From the NCBI GenBank assembly GCA_038740375.1, contig JAVYLW010000001.1:11530-75529 (forward strand): a stretch of DNA of 64,000 bases, in the 5' to 3' direction. The notes under the pieces were generated by a model, which ran no database searches, had not been told where the DNA came from, and worked only from the letters and a program-made list of their open reading frames with translations. A program made the translations under genes and the position numbers. Below are positions 60,239 to 64,000 of this stretch, piece after piece. Position 1 is the stretch's first letter, and the number at the start of each line of letters is the position of its first letter. The stretch comes from Candidatus Pacearchaeota archaeon. GTDB lineage: Archaea; Nanobdellota; Nanobdellia; Pacearchaeales; GW2011-AR1.

Positions 60239-60799
60239 TTATTTTTTACTACCTCCACTACTAGATTTTGATTTTGCAGGTTCAGTTTTTTTCTTTTGAA
60301 CTCCAATTGCTCTTTTCTTTCCTCTTGTTCTAAAGTGACTCTTTGTTCTCTGTCCTCTAGTTGGTTGTCCAGTAGCATGTCTTAATCCTCTATAGGATCT
60401 TATTTTCTTTAATCTTCTTATATCAAATTCTCTTTTCATATCAAGTGAAGTTCCAATTAGATGGAGATTTTCACCTGTTTCAAAATCCTTTCTTCTGTTA
60501 AGTAAAAAAACAGGAAGTTTTGAACTTGGAGATTGTAAAAATTTATTTATTCTATCAATTTCACTACTATCTAGATCCGAAATCTTTTTATTAGGATCTA
60601 AATTTTCTATTTTACATATAGCATTTGATATTGAAAATGAAACTCCTTTGATATAAGTAAGTCCTGTCAAAACATTTTTGTTTCCAGGAATATCTGTTTG
60701 CATAATTCTAACTATAGAGGTATATTGAGGAGTTATTTCTCTATGCTTTTTCTCATCTTTTTTTATAATCTTTTCTTGTTTTGTTTGCTCTTCTAACAT
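60239..60799 (-). CDS. rps13: 30S ribosomal protein S13 (uS13)
   Basis: LTYIKGV, NRRKD, YRGLRH..GQPTRGQRTKS. Confidence 0.97.
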   Translation of the reverse strand: MLEEQTKQEKIIKKDEKKHREITPQYTSIVRIMQTDIPGNKNVLTGLTYIKGVSFSISNAICKIENLDPNKKISDLDSSEIDRINKFLQSPSSKLPVFLLNRRKDFETGENLHLIGTSLDMKREFDIRRLKKIRSYRGLRHATGQPTRGQRTKSHFRTRGKKRAIGVQKKKTEPAKSKSSSGGSKK

Positions 60800-60856
60800 T
60801 TTATAAATTTATATTTTAAATTTGAAAGAAAAACCCTTTTTAAAGATTTCCTATTC

Positions 60857-61399
60857 TTATCTTCCAATAAAAATATAATATTTCTCTTTTCCAATTATTT
60901 CCTCAATAAGTCTTTTTTCAACAGCCTTTTTTGGATCTGGAAGATTCGAAACTCTTTGTTTTAATTCATCTAAGGATTCAAAAGGTTTTTTTTGTCTTTC
61001 TTTTAATATAGCTTCAGTATGTTTTTTTCCAAATCCGGGTAAAAGTTCAAATTGATGCATTCTTGTATTTATAGGAGATGCTTTGTTAAAAAATTCTACA
61101 TATTTTTTTTCATTTTTTGCGACTTCTTTAATAACAAATTCATTTAACTGTTCTTTTGCAACTTGTGTTAACTTACTTTCAGGTAATCTTCCAAAGATAT
61201 AATAGATTTTGTCTCTCTTTCCTTCTCCTATATAAACCTGTTCACCAATTTCAAGTTTTACACCTCTCCTTGGAATTAATTGAAGTAAGGTAAATCTTTT
61301 TGTTCCTATAGCTTGAGCTATAGGCATCATTTTCTTTTCTAATGGATAACCATAAGGTAAGTAATCTAAGATTATTGCATTTTCTTCTTTTTCTTTCAT
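60857..61399 (-). CDS. DUF655 putative nucleic-acid-binding protein
   Basis: LDYLPYG, RMHQFELLPGFGKK, FESLDEL; canonical position after rpoF. Confidence 0.93.
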   Translation of the reverse strand: MKEKEENAIILDYLPYGYPLEKKMMPIAQAIGTKRFTLLQLIPRRGVKLEIGEQVYIGEGKRDKIYYIFGRLPESKLTQVAKEQLNEFVIKEVAKNEKKYVEFFNKASPINTRMHQFELLPGFGKKHTEAILKERQKKPFESLDELKQRVSNLPDPKKAVEKRLIEEIIGKEKYYIFIGR

Positions 61400-61404
61400 T
61401 TTGA

Positions 61405-61719
61405 TTATTTAAGAGAGCTTTTAACAATTTCGAGTATTTTATTTGTTTCATCCTCGTTTAAACTAACATCAATAAATATTTTATTTAAATCAAAGGCATC
61501 ACTAGGCAAAAGATCAATTATTTTAACAATATGCTCTTGTTTTATTTTTATTAAATCAAGTTTTTCCAGTTGTTCTTTTATTTTTTTTGCTTGTTCATTT
61601 TTTGTTTTCAAAAATTTTTTTAAAAAAATTTCCATTTCTTCTTTTTTATTTCCATCTGGAATTTTCTTTAAAATTTCTTCAACTTCATTAAGGCTTATCG
61701 GAGTTCTGTCAATTATCAT
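61405..61719 (-). CDS. rpoF: RNA polymerase subunit F (Rpo4)
   Basis: KIIDLLP motif; synteny L21e-RpoF-DUF655. Confidence 0.88.
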   Translation of the reverse strand: MIIDRTPISLNEVEEILKKIPDGNKKEEMEIFLKKFLKTKNEQAKKIKEQLEKLDLIKIKQEHIVKIIDLLPSDAFDLNKIFIDVSLNEDETNKILEIVKSSLK

Positions 61720-61726
61720 ATTATAT

Positions 61727-61975
61727 TTATAATTTTTTTAAATGTACAGGATGAATAATATAAGTTTTTTCTTTATTTAAATCCTTCATTTTTATTATGT
61801 AATAATTTCCTCTTTTTCCAGAAACAACACCTGATCTTCCTTGCAATTGTTTCGGAAATTTTGGATTTAATGAAATTTCTCTTATAACTGTTACTCTATC
61901 TCCTTCTTTAAATTCTTGAAAGTACCTACTAAGTTTAATTTTTCCACGTTCTCTTACAGATTTTCTTTTTATCAT
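61727..61975 (-). CDS. rpl21e: 50S ribosomal protein L21e (eL21)
   Basis: RERGK, FKEGDRV, QGRSGVV, HPVHL. Confidence 0.95.
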   Translation of the reverse strand: MIKRKSVRERGKIKLSRYFQEFKEGDRVTVIREISLNPKFPKQLQGRSGVVSGKRGNYYIIKMKDLNKEKTYIIHPVHLKKL

Positions 61976-62094
61976 ATTATTTTTTATATATTATATACCT
62001 TTGTACTAGATATCTTTCTTCAAGAAAACATAGAAATAACACCTTTAAAAAACTTTGCAAAACGTGTAAAAAAAGAGAATTAAATCTAAAAAGG

Positions 62095-62262
62095 TTATGT
62101 TCTATCTTGAAATAAATCTCCTCTTTTTTCAGCATCTTTCATATTTTTTAAAATTGCATTATACATATTTTCTCCCCAAACACTTTTTCCACATCTTTCA
62201 CAAAAATCAATAACACTTTCATCAGGAATATTTTTTTGTTTGCAATAAATACATTTTTTCAT
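62095..62262 (-). CDS. Small Zn-finger protein (55 aa; not in the ORF track)
   Basis: MKKCIYC..FCERCGKSVWG; AGGTGA RBS. Confidence 0.75.
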   Translation of the reverse strand: MKKCIYCKQKNIPDESVIDFCERCGKSVWGENMYNAILKNMKDAEKRGDLFQDRT

Positions 62263-62339
62263 AATATCACCTTCAAGTTAACAAACTAATCTAAATTTAT
62301 TAATTTATAAACTTTCCTAAAATTAAAAATATTACCTTT

Positions 62340-63239
62340 TTATCTTCTTTTAAAATTCTTCATATAAATTAAAAATATTATAATAATTAATACTATAATT
62401 ATAGCAGTTATATAGTAATAAATATTATTTCCTTTTATTTTTCCAAGTTCAGAAGCACTCATTATTCTTAATTTAACATTTATATTTTTTTCATAATCTT
62501 TGTTAAAGCTATCTTTGTAATTAACTTTTAATGGAAGCATAATTTCATCATATTCCTCTTTAATTTTCAGTCTAAAAATAACACTTTGAAAATCATTTGA
62601 ATCAAGGTTTCCAACATAATAATTTGAATCTGAAATAATATCATATTCTTGAGAATTTTTAAGATTTACATTAAGAAATTTAATATCAGCTGTTCCATTA
62701 TTAACAAACTTTAAAATAACTCCTCCAATTTTATTTTTTTTATATATTTCACTATCTTCTAAAATTACATAAAAATTTGGTTCGCTTTTTATAATTAAAC
62801 CAATATCTAATATATCCTTTTGTTTTTGTCCAACGTTAATCGCATTGACTCCAAAATGACTAGTATATTCTAATGTAATATTTGCTTTATAAATTCCTTC
62901 TTTAGAATTTGAATTTGCTATAATTCTATAACTAATTTTTTTTTCTTCTCCGGATTTGATTTTAGGTATTTTTATATTATTAACATCTTGATAAAATTGA
63001 AATTCACTTGGTAAATTTAATTCAATATTTACATCAGAAACATGATCTTTTCCAATATTTTTTAAGGTTATATTTAATATATCATCTTTTCCAGGAGAAA
63101 TCTCTGGAATTTGGATTTCTTTAATAGTCACAATTTTTCCAAAAGATGCTTTATTGTCGTCAAAAATATAAAGTGAACTAATAAGACTAATAGAAAATAT
63201 TATAGAAACTGCGAATATTATCACCAACTTTATTTTCAT
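62340..63239 (-). CDS. COG1361-like S-layer/CARDB-type protein with C-terminal TM
   Basis: Signal peptide, ISPG..ITLKNIG, NNGTADIK, YVGNLDS motifs; adjacent to an ABC permease. Confidence 0.8.
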   Translation of the reverse strand: MKIKLVIIFAVSIIFSISLISSLYIFDDNKASFGKIVTIKEIQIPEISPGKDDILNITLKNIGKDHVSDVNIELNLPSEFQFYQDVNNIKIPKIKSGEEKKISYRIIANSNSKEGIYKANITLEYTSHFGVNAINVGQKQKDILDIGLIIKSEPNFYVILEDSEIYKKNKIGGVILKFVNNGTADIKFLNVNLKNSQEYDIISDSNYYVGNLDSNDFQSVIFRLKIKEEYDEIMLPLKVNYKDSFNKDYEKNINVKLRIMSASELGKIKGNNIYYYITAIIIVLIIIIFLIYMKNFKRR

Positions 63240-63329
63240 AGATTAAAAAAGAAAAAAGAGTTTAAAAGAGTTTGTATATATGAATAAAATTAGTTCAATA
63301 CTCTTTTAATTTTTATTTTTTTGAAAATT

Positions 63330-64000
63330 TTATTCATATCTTAAAGTATCTGCAGGTTTTATTTTTGCCGCAGCTCTTGCAGGAAATACACCTGATAAGG
63401 CTCCTACTAAAAATGCAAATAACAAACATCCTATTATTAAATACCAAGGAAAAATAACTTTAAGTAAAGTAGAGCCTAGTCCTCTTATAGCAATTATCTC
63501 AATTATTTTTGCAAATACAATTCCTAATAATACGCCTATAATTCCTCCAATCAATCCTAATAATCCTGATTCTATAACAAATATAAGCATTATATCAGAA
63601 TTTTTTGCTCCAATAGCTTTCATTACTCCAATATCTTTTGTTCTCTCTAAAACTGAAGTAAACATAGTATTTGCAATTCCAACACTTCCAACTAAAAGAG
63701 AGATTCCAGCAATTCCTACTAAAAAAGCAGTTATTATATTTAGTATAATTTCAATATTAGATAATAATTCTTCAGGAGTTAATATGTTAAAATCTTTTGT
63801 TTTTTCAGTTACACCTCTAAAGGATAATAATTTTTTTTTGACTTGTTCAGATACCTTTTTTATATCTTCTCCAGTTTTTATCTGAATTATAATTTGATCT
63901 ACTCTATCTTCTGAATTAAACATTTTTTTGAAATCTTCAAAAGACATATAAATTAATTTGTCATCTGAAGAACTTCCAGTAGTTTTAAGAATTCCAACTA
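63330..64000 (-). CDS. ABC transporter permease (MacB/FtsX family), 5' end outside the window
   Basis: GIANTMFTSVLERTKDIGVMKAIGA, PARAAAKIKPADTLRYE; frame stays open to the window edge. Confidence 0.93.
   Translation of the reverse strand, partial: VGILKTTGSSSDDKLIYMSFEDFKKMFNSEDRVDQIIIQIKTGEDIKKVSEQVKKKLLSFRGVTEKTKDFNILTPEELLSNIEIILNIITAFLVGIAGISLLVGSVGIANTMFTSVLERTKDIGVMKAIGAKNSDIMLIFVIESGLLGLIGGIIGVLLGIVFAKIIEIIAIRGLGSTLLKVIFPWYLIIGCLLFAFLVGALSGVFPARAAAKIKPADTLRYE

Noticed and set aside
60160..60378. 72-aa ORF overlapping rps13/rps4, and similar short shadow ORFs (630-842, 4255-4527, 5552-5770, 16881-17096, 24529-24786, 28654-28905, 48934-49152, 53765-54046 etc.)
   Set aside because: Alternate-frame or antisense shadows of well-supported genes

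Overview
Very AT-rich archaeal chromosomal segment, probably a DPANN lineage such as Pacearchaeota (inferred from compact, divergent core genes; not computed). Core content: a cdc6/orc1 - PolD DP1 - NUDIX - PolD DP2 cluster with an ORB-flanked AT-rich spacer upstream of cdc6, an Lhr helicase/metallophosphoesterase pair, a XerA-like recombinase, desulfoferrodoxin/rubrerythrin, a DinG/XPD-like helicase, and the L21e-RpoF-DUF655-S13-S4-S11-RpoD-tRNA-Leu-L18e-L13-S9 cluster. Accessory content: several large surface proteins, including a membrane-anchored HerA-like ATPase and a gingipain-like protease, and an ~8.6 kb integrated element (tyrosine integrase, prim-pol/helicase, serine resolvase) bounded by palindromic att-like sites and interrupted by an IS with a 9-bp target duplication. 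The best candidate for an undescribed system is 27.9-30.6 kb, where two convergent coiled-coil + winged-helix genes carry DNA signals inside their own linkers. One has two identical 23-bp ORB-type boxes read in different frames and matching the box upstream of cdc6. The other has phased TGTTT(A/G)AACA palindromes that recur as clusters at 23.1, 30.6 and 34.3 kb. This suggests an intragenic origin coupled to a centromere-like anchoring module. Also notable are a tRNA-Leu with an AAG anticodon (A34, highly unusual in archaea) and a PurF lacking its catalytic Cys1.
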